Shown here: positions 37,001 to 48,200 of the stretch, piece by piece | How positions within the stretch are numbered: position 1 is the first letter of the stretch | How the letters are laid out: every line of letters begins with the position of its first letter | Assembly (NCBI GenBank): GCA_030141605.1 | Contig: JAQGDQ010000355.1 | Span: 1 to 64,000, forward strand | Direction: 5' to 3' | From: Tubiluchus corallicola | Lineage: Eukaryota; Animalia; Priapulida | Length of the DNA stretch: 64,000 bases | Position numbers and translations under genes: made by a program | The notes under the pieces: model-generated | The model's database searches: none | What the model was told of the DNA's origin: nothing | The model's input: only the letters and a program-made list of their open reading frames with translations

Positions 37001-40000
37001 GTGCGCAAATGCAACTTTAGACAAGCCACTTTCTCCAGCGCAGTGGGCAAATGTTTGCAAAATGTACAACATCCACGTTTACAAGGTACTTCGTTTCCAC
37101 GTGGTGGACGTTCTGCCATTGCTTAATCTTCCTTGGTATAACGTAAAAGTATTGCTAATGATACGCGATCCGAGAGGTATCCTAAATTCCAGGAAGAAAT
37201 TAGGATGGCAGAAACTAGCGTTTGGATCGGATTTTCCGTTAAAACTATGTTATGACATGATGGATAACTATCACCTACTTAAATTAAAATGCCTAATGTC
37301 TCCGTTAGTCTTGATCGTATAGTATAAGGTGACTTGAATCTATATAGCGTATAGATTGAATTTAATATGTCCGCTTAATCTCTTATTGCTATAAGGTGAA
37401 TCCTTCACCTGACTCCGAGAGCTTTGGATATCAGTCTAGTAAGCAATGATCGTCTTATCTAAACTTCACCTTGACCTTCGCGTTGTGAGAAAAGGTCTAT
37501 ATCACTCAAGTTTCCTAGCTACGCCCCCGCAATATGAGCGACAGTTAATTCAAAGCGAACTAATCAGATTCGTATATCGGAAATAGTGTTGCTTGAGTTA
37601 AACACTGATAACATACATTAACTCAATCATTAAATGTCAAAGAGAATTGTTTTATTGATTTACAATAATTACTGCTTAAGTATATCTTACAAGATTTAGT
37701 CCTTAAGCGCTTTTGACGCTCACAACTATTTTGTTAGCTTCCCAAAAGTATCTCTCTGAACAATTCTTCAATTCCTAATTCCTATCACCTAAGGTGTATA
37801 CTTTACACTTATCCTCACTATAGTACAATGTGAACTTATACGAACTACTGACGATATGCACAGTTAATTCTCAGTTTTAACAATATTTTATGATTACTTA
37901 TCTCTGCGGATTTGACCCAATGTACCTAGTACAATATGGTCAATTCCGATAGCTGATACAAGACTTCTCGTTGCTCAGTGCCCAGAGTATCCTAGGAACG
38001 CAGAAAGATGTCTACGCTGAACTTCCAGAGTCGTCTCGTCTATCAAAACAGCCCTCCGTGTGTTTTACCGTACACACAGCACGTGTCTCCTCCAATACGA
38101 CCGGGTGGAACGAGCGCTGGGTTATTCAAACCCGGGGCTTATATTTCATTGAAGTAACCTTGCAGTAACCTTGCACAATTTCTGCGGCGTATGAAGCATC
38201 AAAATTTATGGGACAAGTTTGAAGACGCAGTCATTATACGCCCGTAAAACGTATCCGTGTTCTTTCTTCAAGAAACAATGACCTCGCAGAGTTTTAGTTA
38301 ATTACTAGCAATTTGTGCATATCGCTCATTATAAACGGTACATCCGTCTCAACTTAATGTTAGCTAATTATCCTAAGCATCTTAGAGTGTCCTGACGTAA
38401 ACGCTATTTTTAGTTCTGACAACCTACGCTGTTTACAGTTCATTAAATCCGAGCTTCTCAGCTGAGTGAGTTTCTTATTGCACTATCTGTAAATTTATTC
38501 ATGCAATCAGGGAGGCAGGTAACCTTATACCAAAATATCGAAAATCATCGATTTATAAATTTATTCACCACATAACTATGAGAGTACGCTTAGGCTAAAA
38601 TTGCCCGGTGTCAAGTTGAAAATTGTAAAATACGAAGATATAGCTAGCAATCTAGTTAAAATAGTAAAAGAATTGTTCGAGTATGCGGGACTCTCCTATA
38701 CAGAAAACATTGAAAAGTACTTGAAGAAGAATTCCTTGGGTGGTGAAAACCCTGCACGTAATCAGGCAACTATGGGGACATACAGAAGGGACTCCAATAA
38801 TACAGCAAATGCTTGGAAGATCAAGTTAACTAAGTCTCAAATACTAATGATTGAGAAACAATGTGGAGAGTTTTTGGGTCGTGCTGGCCATGAATTTATA
38901 TATTTGAAAAGCAACGCCTATTTGCCACTTTTGCAAAATGTAAATGTGTTACCTGGAACAATGTGAAACAATTGAGCGATGAGTGCCCTATCGTGGCCTG
39001 TGTTATAGCTTAAGTAACGTATACACAAGTGTACACATGTATATACACACATGCATGTACACATATATACATATGTGTGCAAAGTGTAATGTATCTATGA
39101 TTGATAAGTTCAGCCGAGGCTATTGTGCTACCACAACTACCTTTATGTACATTTTCATCATTTCTGTTATACAAATTTCCGCAAAGAAGGTCAATAGCCA
39201 CTTATATATTTTAACACAATTTTCGTAACACTGCAAAAATAGCTAACTTGGTTTATATCATCGAACCTGGCGCATTATCACCATTAGCATCATTTCTTTA
39301 TCATTGTCATCACCATCACCATTGTCATCAGCATTAATATCACCATCGTTGTCGTCATTATTACTTTCTCGCATCTCTTTTCTTCGCTCCATTTGACGTA
39401 TTTTTTAGTTGTTGTTAATATAATTAAAATAGTCTTATCCATATTGAGCAAAGCTCATCAGTTATTTTCTTCTGCTGCGCTCATAGCACTGCAATGCATT
39501 GTTAATTTGTAATTTTATAACTTTTATTTTTGTATTGTGCTGAATGGATGCATAAATAAATCTAAATCTATAAAAACGTTTCTGAGACCTCCAAGAAGTG
39601 CTTCGTGAATATTTTTTGTACGCGTTGTTTGGTCAAGTATTGTGGAAAAAAGAACGGAGAAAAACACCCATTTTGGCAGTTGTCACTTCCTCCCTCCGAT
39701 CCAGGAATCTGCTTCAAAATGCATCTTTTTTTCCCCTACCCACCTTCTTCACAAAGTTTCGTAGAAATCTGTTGCGTAGCTCTTGCGCTAAAGGCTTACT
39801 ATTGTATCATAGACCAAGAACAATCAACCGATGAAACAAACAAACAAACAAACAAACAAACAAACAAACAAACAAACAAACAAACAAACAAACAAACAAA
39901 CAAACAGTGTTGAAGTATAACTTCTTTGACAGAGGAAAAAATAACTTAAATAAATATCTTCCACAGTCATTATAACCCAAAACTCGGGTTTTATAACTGC

Positions 40001-40748
40001 GCCATTTTTCCTGTTTTTCCATTTGTACCCTTTTCTCCTGTGTTATTTTTACCGTGCCATTTTTACCTGTGGCACTTTTATCTGTGCCATTTTTACCATG
40101 CAGTGAAATTCGAATATTTGAAAGAAAAAATAATAAAATATCTGCAAATCACGTACGATTCGAAAGTGTGTTATTAATTATTTTGTATAATGAAAGAAGT
40201 ATGCTTACGGATACACTAGCAAACGTTCTCTCAACTAGTATGAAATTTAGGAGCATTATTTGTTTTAGCTGCTTTAAGATAAAAAATACAGATGCGCGGC
40301 GTCTGGTCAAATTGTTCACAGTTTCTAGAAATTAATTTGCCACAAAGTTCTGAAGTTATCTACATTAACATGCATTAATTGCATCTGCAAAAAAATGTAT
40401 ACTCTCTTAGAAAATGTTATTAAAAATTGATCACTTGCTTAATTCTGCGATATCGAAAGCACGGTTAGCAAACAACATTATTTTATATTGTATCATAGTT
40501 GTTTGTTATTCAAACTTTATGCCGTCTCGCCGGCCGCAGCACAACAGCAACAGGTCAGGTCCATTTTTTAGCTAGCAAACAGCAAAGCCAGAGAGCCAGC
40601 GTTGCTAGGTCGCTTACCGCATGCATAGTAAAGTTTCACTGAAGTCAGTGTCTGAAGGTGGATCTACGCGAGCTTTGTGTTTGACAGTGTTTAGTGCTGA
40701 CGTCCGCGATGATTTCGTGTTAAAAGTTATTTCAAAAGCACTCTTCAT
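18906..40748 (-). CDS. MAPK8IP1: JNK-interacting protein 1/2-like scaffold (SH3 + PTB/PID), predicted 576 aa
   Basis: Exons 40618-40748 (predicted first exon: CAAAATG, 43 open codons, phase-2 CG|GTAAGC donor; less certain), 31129-31513, 30014-30244, 28464-28647, 26545-26793, 25736-25839, 23813-23989, 22823-22911, 18906-19086. Total 1731 nt in frame. Motifs: RLTHDLSLEE; SH3 THRGLYHFIPRHRDELEIEIGD..GVNLRTGKRGIFP; PTB FLGSV..HKGNQVLCQAI, HFFSLKNVSFCGYHP, YFGFITKH..FACHVF; C-terminus PTEDIYMD (kinesin light chain-binding tail of JIP1/2). Confidence 0.93.
19180..19290 (+). mobile_element. CR1-type LINE 3' end fragment; related inverted copy at about 22075-22185
   Basis: The 22075-22185 copy translates FFPWTAYLWNFL..FFHPNYKLTSFHKNV, the SFFPRT..LWN C-terminal motif of CR1 ORF2; both copies share TTCCACCCTAACTACAAGCTT. 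Confidence 0.55.
19340..19825. repeat. 25-bp AT-rich minisatellite, about 19 copies
   Basis: Unit TATATGTATTGATATGTATTGTAAT. Confidence 0.95.
21250..21671. mobile_element. hAT-like MITE (degenerate)
   Basis: CAGGATTC..GAACCCTG termini with TTCCCTGAC subterminal repeats; no clear TSD. Confidence 0.45.
21772..21830 (-). mobile_element. tRNA-derived SINE head remnant (similar remnants near 20160-20215 + and 52395-52450 -)
   Basis: B-box-like GGGTTCGAGTCC on the minus strand; no complete cloverleaf. Confidence 0.35.
24234..25234. mobile_element. TTAA-specific piggyBac-like non-autonomous element
   Basis: TTAA|CTCCTTCAGGACCGTA (after removing the nested insert) versus TGCGGTCTTGAAGGAG|TTAA. Confidence 0.8.
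24245..24523. mobile_element. hAT-type MITE inserted into the left TIR of the piggyBac-like element
   Basis: Termini CAGTGGCGGAT/ATCCGCTACAG; exact 8-bp TSD CTTCAGGA at 24237-24244 and 24524-24531. Confidence 0.88.
28863..29538. mobile_element. pogo/Tigger-like MITE; a truncated second copy starts at about 28121
   Basis: TA|CAGTAAGTCCTCGCTTAACGAC ... GTCGTTAAGCAAGGACTTACAG|TA. Confidence 0.8.
33829..35512. mobile_element. Non-autonomous DNA element with reiterated subterminal CAAAGGACCAC motifs
   Basis: Left GTCAAAGGACCACCG repeated three times; right CGGTGGTCCTTTGAC inverted; carries a copy of the dispersed repeat also at 36290-36612 and 49260-49930. Confidence 0.65.
35671..36214 (+). mobile_element. 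Kolobok-like MITE, full length (partial copy at 48981-49188)
   Basis: TTAA|AGAAAAACCGGA ... TCCGGTTTTCCT|TTAA. Confidence 0.85.
36824..38966 (+). pseudogene. Truncated, insertion-disrupted copy of the carbohydrate sulfotransferase catalytic exon
   Basis: ORFs 36858-37322 and 38601-38966 match the 50888-51843 exon. The equivalent of 50723-50999 (acceptor and RGGSTF PAPS loop) is deleted, a 1.3-kb insert follows MMDNY, and exons 1-2 are not duplicated. Confidence 0.92.
37271..38572 (-). mobile_element. 1.3-kb insertion, probable solo LTR
   Basis: Absent from the paralogous exon. ATAACTAT is duplicated at 37264-37271 and 38572-38579. The minus strand begins TGTGGTG and has TATAA (38139-38143) upstream of AATAAA (37651-37656). 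No TIR and no long ORF. Confidence 0.75.
39575..39990. repeat. Dispersed repeat with (AAAC)n at 39834-39906; inverted relative at about 45930-46260
   Basis: GAGACCTCCAAGAAGTGCTTC..TTTTTTGTACG versus CGTACAAAAAA..GAAGCACTTTTTGGAGGTCCC. Confidence 0.65.
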
Positions 40749-42214
40749 TTTGTTGTATTAAAAATTATTATAAATTCATAGACGCAAAAGTAATCGTTTA
40801 GTATTCGATTAATTAGCAATGTACTTAACATAGTAATCGATACAAGAGACTTGCAGCAGGTATCGAAGTAATCGATTACGCTCACCACTTAGTCTAACGA
40901 AAACAGTACACTTTGGCAGCGATGACAGCATCAGAATTTAGAGTGCTTCGGAATACGTGCAGTCGCAAGTGTCTAACATAAGTTAGAAAACACAGAAACA
41001 CAAACAAACTTTGAAGTTTGACTGTAAAAAGCGTTAATCTTATTTTACTTTAGCTCTTACCTGAACAAGACATCATTTATGTCGGTTAAAAGCAAAGCAG
41101 AATTAACAACAAACAGCACTGTTCAAGTTAGAGCAATATGCCTTATTACCCTATATCGTGAATTACGGATGTTAACGATAACGACACCCATCGATAATAA
41201 TTATCAATTATCATAACAATACGAAAACTTTCTTTTATCATTATTGTATCGACTTTTTTCTAGGAATATCGTTATCGTAGCTAATTTGGTATATATCGCT
41301 GCTTATTGCTCGCTTTTATAAATAGTTTCACTTTGCTTTTCCACTTGTGCGCGAGAATTACGCAAAAAAGTAAAAAAAGTGTCATTGATAAAGTTGTTCA
41401 GATAATTTTCTTGTACTTTCCTGCAATAGCGGCTATCTTCAGACGGTTTTGAGACGCGCGGATGCCAAGTAAAATCACCGAAACTCACACAAATAAACTC
41501 ACCGAAACTCACACATAAATAAACTCACCAAAACTCACACATAAATAAACTAACTGAAACTCACACATAAATAAACTCACCGAAACTCATACATAAATAA
41601 ACTCACCAAAACTCACACATAAATAAACTCAGCGAAACTCACACATAAATAAACTCACCAAAACTCACACATAAATAAACTCAGCGAAACTCACACATAA
41701 ATAAAGTTACCGAAACTCACACATAAATAAACTCACCGAAACTCACGCATAAATAAACTCACCGAAACAAATATATTATGTAGTAGAAAATCGATGCGTC
41801 CTAAACATATCTCTTGCAGATCACTTAGTAATATTATTTTATGACTAAAAATAAGAGAACTTTGTCACAAATTGCATGTATCTATACAAAAATATAGCCT
41901 AATAACATACAGTACTGCAATACACTGAGACAAGTTGTACAATAACTGTTCATTATGTTCAAGTATCGTTTTTATCGTTCGAAATAATTTATCGCATCGC
42001 ATGATAGTATCAACTGAAAAGCAAATTATCGATATCGCATCATTGGGGAAGAGTATAGCACCGTTATCGTATCGTCAAATATGTATCGTTAACACACTAG
42101 TTGCAAGTATGTAATTTATCCACGTCTCAAAGGTTGTTAGCGTATGAACTAGCAAAGATATAAAAAAAGACATTACTGTAATCGTCAAATTTGTATCGTT
42201 TAACACAGCTGACC
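40749..42214. promoter_or_regulatory. Candidate bidirectional promoter region between JIP and CHST
   Basis: Predicted start codons diverge 1.47 kb apart; the acceptor AACACAG at 42208 implies an upstream non-coding CHST exon. Inference only. Confidence 0.4.
41476..41768. repeat. 26-bp minisatellite inside a TATCG-rich MITE-like element (about 41160-42075)
   Basis: Unit AAACTCACACATAAATAAACTCACCG, about 11 copies. Confidence 0.9.
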
Positions 42215-45200
42215 ATGTGGAAAACAAAAAACCGTCAATTATTTTTATCACTTGCTGGAGGAACATCAGCTGGTTTTTTGCTTGCGGTGATGTTATATAA
42301 CAACAGGATTACAGTCACACCAGGTAATTTCATTGTTCATTTATTTATTTACTATCATTTGTTTCAAAAATACATGTGTAACAGGGAATACACATTGACT
42401 TGTTAAAATATGTTTTATACTAAGTACCCACACACTGGACCGTGGTGTCAGGGGCGTATCAGGACATTGTGACAACCTAGGTTGACAAGATCAGTCCTGC
42501 TTAACCCCCTTATAAAGTATTTATGATTGCTTATAGTCAAAGTTGCCCAGAAGAGTTAAATCAAAGCTTTTCAAAGACGCCCGCACAGAAATATGTTTAT
42601 GAAGTAAACAAAGAAAATCTCAAATAAGGACCTATATACTTACTGAAGAAGGAATCGAGTAAGGTTATACAGAAGCAGCGGCTTAGATGGATTGGATATA
42701 TTATTAGATTACCACAGGATTCTCCACTTACTACAGCATTACATCAAGCACTAATATCTGGGAAGAAACCAAGAGGAGGGTAGCTGATTACATATTTGGA
42801 TGTTCTAAAGAAAGACTTATCAAATACTCCACTTGACTTAAATAAAATAACATAAATACTTGGCATGTTGCAGCAGGTCGGGGGACATGGCAGCAAATTA
42901 CAAATGGTGCTGTGTTGTATAGTAGAAGCATCTAAGATGATGATGATATAAGAAGCCATATACGCAATTGTTTGTGTTGCATTAGCAGCATTATTACCTA
43001 CGTAGTTATTGTTAATTACATATATTTATACAATACACCTTATATATATATATAAACACATTTATATTACACATACACATTTACATAAAGGCGACAATGT
43101 ACCTGCTTGTGGTGCGTTATAAAATACGCGCTTTAAATGAATATGAAAGGATATATGCATTTTCCGATGCGAATAACAATTTTTTAATGCTAGACCCATA
43201 AAATCTGGTGTCCTAGGCCATGTCTGGTTAGCCTATTTGTAGATACGCCCCTGCCTGGTGTGCAATCTTACACAAATTGAAGAGACGCCGTGCACATAAA
43301 ACGTCCTAGCGGCGCTTGGTTGGGGGATACTGGAGGGAAACTTATAGCTCTTTGGAAAGAACTTTGGACAAACTGAGCCACACAGCGACGTGGCTCCCTT
43401 TCGCAAATATCACCAGTGTAACAAGATAGCTCTGGTCTTGGGCAAAAACTTTACCTGATATGTGTAAATAATACATGAACATAATCTTCAAAGTGACTTT
43501 AGGTTTGTTAATCCCAAATCTTCATGCCGTGAGCGTTATACCTGATGGTACTACGGGGGTCAGAACATGGAGACCAGGGATCAACCATGGAATTTTAGCA
43601 TTAATAAATAATTCAGAATAGTGGAATCTCACCAGTGTGATTTTGACTTTGAAACACACTTCACTTTTTCTTTATGTTATCAACCCTCTCAGTGACATTA
43701 ATGTACATGAGAAAACAAAAACAGTGAAATAAAGTTTGCATACGTATTTAAACAACAACGAACAACATATCAATCGGCAAATATGAAAAATACAATCAGG
43801 TTAGCATAAAACAAAAGGGAGCTGGCATATCTTGTTTGGCATATCAGTCCCACACACAGTTTTCAGATGAGTAAACTTTTGCACTAGAACGTAACATTAA
43901 AGAGCCATTTCCAGTTGTCGGAGATAGACAGAAAGTTCTCAGCAAGAACGCAGTCCAGTGTGAACTCAGCATTCAGCAACACACGACATGAGCAGCGTAT
44001 TTATGAAGACTAATTAGTTTAGCCATTACCACCATTAGTTCGTAAGTTGAACTCCCGAAGTAAACTTGTCTCTCGAGGCAACATTAGAGGGCATGCATGC
44101 CTGAGTTCTTGTAAGCAATGTTAAGGTACCTCACCAAACGCTGTCTATCCATACAGTGACAAACCTCAGTGGTTGCACTATTCCAAAAAAATGGTAGAGT
44201 CCAGGTAAGAATACCAACATCGAAAAAAAACAACACTAGTGCATGTGGCAGGCTCTGTCAAGACTGGCTTAACATGAATCATTGCTCAAAGCCAACACAT
44301 ATTAGTCCATGCTTCAACGATCACCAAGCTGTAGCTCCATCATAAGCTTGTAACAGTAGCCAGCAGATGGCAGCTGCCAGCAGGGCATGACCAGCTAGTA
44401 GTTTATATATTTCTACAAGACAGTCATTATCCCAAAAATAATAGATAAATAATAATCAGCTTGTTACAACCAGGCAATAAGGTAGTTCGGGAAGATGTTT
44501 TTTTCTGGACGACCCCGTATCAGCGTTGTCAACTGATAATTACGTTGTGATTAGTACAGTGCATACTGTAAAATTTTCTTAGCAAATACGGCAAGTTCAT
44601 TCCTGATCACAACAACGGAATGAGACAAGGCAAAATGAGGCAGAGTTGCAAAGGTGGCTTAATTCATTCAAAATTCCCGCAGAACCACTTGACGTTTAAA
44701 AGAAGACATTGTCACCAACATTGCCACCACTGTAGACATTGTCACCAACATTGCCACCACTGTAAACATTGTCACCAACATTGTCACCATTGTAGACAAT
44801 GTTACCAACATTGTCACCACTGTAAACATTGTCACCAACATTGCCACCACTGTAGACATTGTCACCAACATTGCCACCACTGTAGACATTGTCACCAACA
44901 TTGTCACCACTGTAGACATTGTCACCAACATTGTCAATATAGAAAGAAAGCCGCTCCTAGTCAGTAAGCGACAATATCGATATACAAAATGATTCAATCC
45001 AAACGTATCATTGCGTCAAAAGTCGCCTAATTGTCTTTGCTAGAGCAAGTTACAAACTAACACCTATTAGCCACACAAACATCGAAACCAATTGTTTATA
45101 TTACTATTTTGCAGAATCACGTGGTCGCTACAAGTACCAAGAATCACCAAAGTTCGAAGTTCATCTGCCTAATGATAACGAAGATGATTGTGACAGACAC

Positions 45201-48200
45201 AACAACACACAGAATAACGTCGACGTGGGGTCACCTAGACACAAAACCCTGCTTATATTTTTAGGTAATTTAAATATGTATTAGGTAATAATCTTAAAGA
45301 ACTCAATGATTTTAGCCTAAAAGATTTTGGGCATAAAGCCACCGTCATACACCACCCACACGCAATAAAAATTCACAAACACAAGTCAACAACATTCTAC
45401 ACCACATCACACTACACCCACCTCACCATCCACACCACACCACACTACACTACATCCTCCACGCCCCTCCACGTACCACACTCACCCATTACAAAACAAT
45501 CCAACCCAGATTACACGATGATGACAACGTCGTTAACGATGATATTATCTTGAACAATTCTTCTAGCTAAACCCTACAAAAACAAGTTTGTACGAAAGCC
45601 CACAGCAATCCCGCTGCACCACATCAAAACAGCTACCGATGGCACATCACATCACATTGAACTAATTGCACATCACATTGCACCACACGACACCTCCACA
45701 CCAACCGACTACATCACACTGCACAGTATAACAACGACGACGACACCACCATCAACTACAACAACAAACACCCCACTGTAGTGTAACCCTGGCACATGGC
45801 GCAGGGTTAGGGTTGTGTTCTAAACGAATGTAGGAAAAAATTGCACAAATGGAAAAGTAGGTAAAGGTGGCACAGGTAAATATGGCGCACGTAGTTAAGG
45901 CTTAGGGTTACACTGGAGAATAATTATTTTACTTCTTTTTACCTCTGCGAATAAAGTTATGCTTCAATAAAGTTTTTTGTCTGTTTGTTTGGTTGTTTTT
46001 TGTCCGTTATGGCAGCAAGCCTATTACGCAATTACTGAGTAACAGATTTCCAAGGAACTTTGTCAAGATAGACGGGTATAAGGCGCCAAAATGGGAATCT
46101 TTCTGCTGGTTCTTATTTCGCAAAATTTTGCCAAACCACCACGTACAAAAAAACGTGCGTGAAGCACTTTTTGGAGGTCCCAGACGGAGTGTTTAGTACT
46201 TCCTTTTTGTTATCTCCACCTGGACAAACAACTACGAGCTAATTTCCTGTTCCATTTCGAAAAGATTTCGCTTGTAAAACTGTGTAATGCTTATTATTAA
46301 TGTTTTTAGCCTTATAAGGTGACTTGGTATGTAAATATGTATATATTTGTCAGTCCATTACCATCGCCAAAATTAATGGTTAAAAGGGTAGATAAACACT
46401 TTGTGAAACATTCGTGCATCATTGATTCTAAATCTATTTAATGAACAAATCTTTTCTGAGTCTTTTGCTAGTCTCTATTTTATCAATACATACACAATAT
46501 ATATATATACAATCAATATATAATATGTTTGCTTGTTTATCTTTCTGTTATTTTTTGAAACAAAAGAATTAGACGAATAAGTTTAGGATTGTTCGGCTTT
46601 GGCAGAGACCTGAGCGCATTCTAGTTTTATTATAGAAATCAATTGCATCAAAATAACATATGTACCATTTTCCTACTTTTCTATTTGTGCCATTTTTGCT
46701 GTGCCATTTTTACCTGTGCATTTTTGCCTGTCCCACTCTTTTCTGTGCCATTTTTCTTGTGACACTTTTACCGTGCACCGTCTAAAAACACCTAATGTCC
46801 AAGTATCCTATCAGGCCAAAACGCCGATAACGGCCCAAAGGGCCTTTGTATCCAAATGACCAATGCGTCCAAATCACCTTGTGCCCAAATTACCTATAAA
46901 TGTGTCAAAATAATCCTTATCCGCCTCCAAAATACCTTGTGTCCAATTTATGTATGTAGCTATATGATGTGCCCAAGTGCTTTGTGTTGAAAGTGCTGCG
47001 TTCAAATTTTTGTGCATCTAAATAACCGATGTGTCCATTAGTACTTTGTGGTCAAATATACATATAGTATACAATAATCTTTTTTGCCATAAAAAATCGA
47101 TATTCATAACTATAAAAGCATAAAAGAACATCGCAGCATGAGAATAAAATTCACACAACTGTTAAAGACAAATGCGTCCAGTGCAAACTAAAAATTACTG
47201 TGCCAAAAATTTAAAACAAAATATACATTATAATGTTACACGCAAATTATAATAGACTATATACAACATATACATACAGTTTAAAATGGGCTTGGGAAAA
47301 TAAAATTTGCGGATGAATATATATTATCGTTTACGTATGTAGGGTTTTCAAAACTATTTAATGTATGTATTTTTAATTTTTATTTGAATTCGTCGAAAGA
47401 CTTGATTAGGTTTAAATCTGATGGCAGGGTATTCCAAAGTTGAATTCCTTGTTTAGTGATAGAATTGTTGCCATAGAAATGACCTCTGTCTGTGTCTAAA
47501 GGTTTTGTGGTGAAGGCGAATCAACCTGTGTCCAAATTTTCTGTCAAAATTTCTGCATATCGATGTTGTTGGTGGTATCGCCGTTGTCCGTTGAGATGTG
47601 GTGTGGTGTGGTATATTATATGCAGCTATTCCACATAGTCTTTATAAAGGGTTCTGCGTAGCCTTCGCTGGTGCTATTGCTACGTAAAATGATGATAATA
47701 GACTAAATCTAATAGACTCATCTTGCGGTCAGCATGTGCTTATTAATGTAAACAAAAGTTATGGGCAAAATATAATTTGATGACGTCACAAACAATGGCT
47801 TTATGTCAGCAGCTTTCCAAACGATATTATCAACGTTATTTTATTTTCGAACAAGTAGAGTTACATGAGGGATTCAAAAAAGATAAACTAATAGCAAAAG
47901 CAATTTAACACTGATAACAAAAAATGAGCACGGATACCAAATCAATTAATTTAAAAAACTCCATGTACTCTAACATTAGTCTCAATTCATTCTTGGATAA
48001 AAATGAAAACCACTTTTTTCTATACGACGCATGCAATCTTTCGCTTAGTTTATTGTAGTTAACTGCATAGACGATAGATTGCATCCTTTCACAATTTTAC
48101 GAGATGATACAGAAAACTTTCCAAATACTTTTTTAGTATTCTCCATAACAAATTTATACAAGTTGAAACTTATTATTGTATTTACGTTCCATCATTATTA

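Larger units (their letters stand above)
32885..39205 (+). repeat. Segmental duplicate of about 47900-52055 (CHST intron 2, exon 3 and 3'UTR)
   Basis: Collinear blocks: 32885-33777 with 47900-48980; 36007-36612 with 48981-49585; 36615-36823 with 50495-50722; 36824-39205 with 51000-52055. Confidence 0.93.

Noticed and set aside
40601-40613. RFX X-box-like GTTGCTAGG next to JIP exon 1
   Set aside because: Half-site only; expected by chance and unsupported without conservation data
44620-44997. His/Cys-rich ORF (HCHQHCHHCR)n resembling a metal-binding protein
   Set aside because: It is the translation of a 30-bp intronic minisatellite that is open on both strands, has no splice context, and is skipped by the in-phase CHST exon chain
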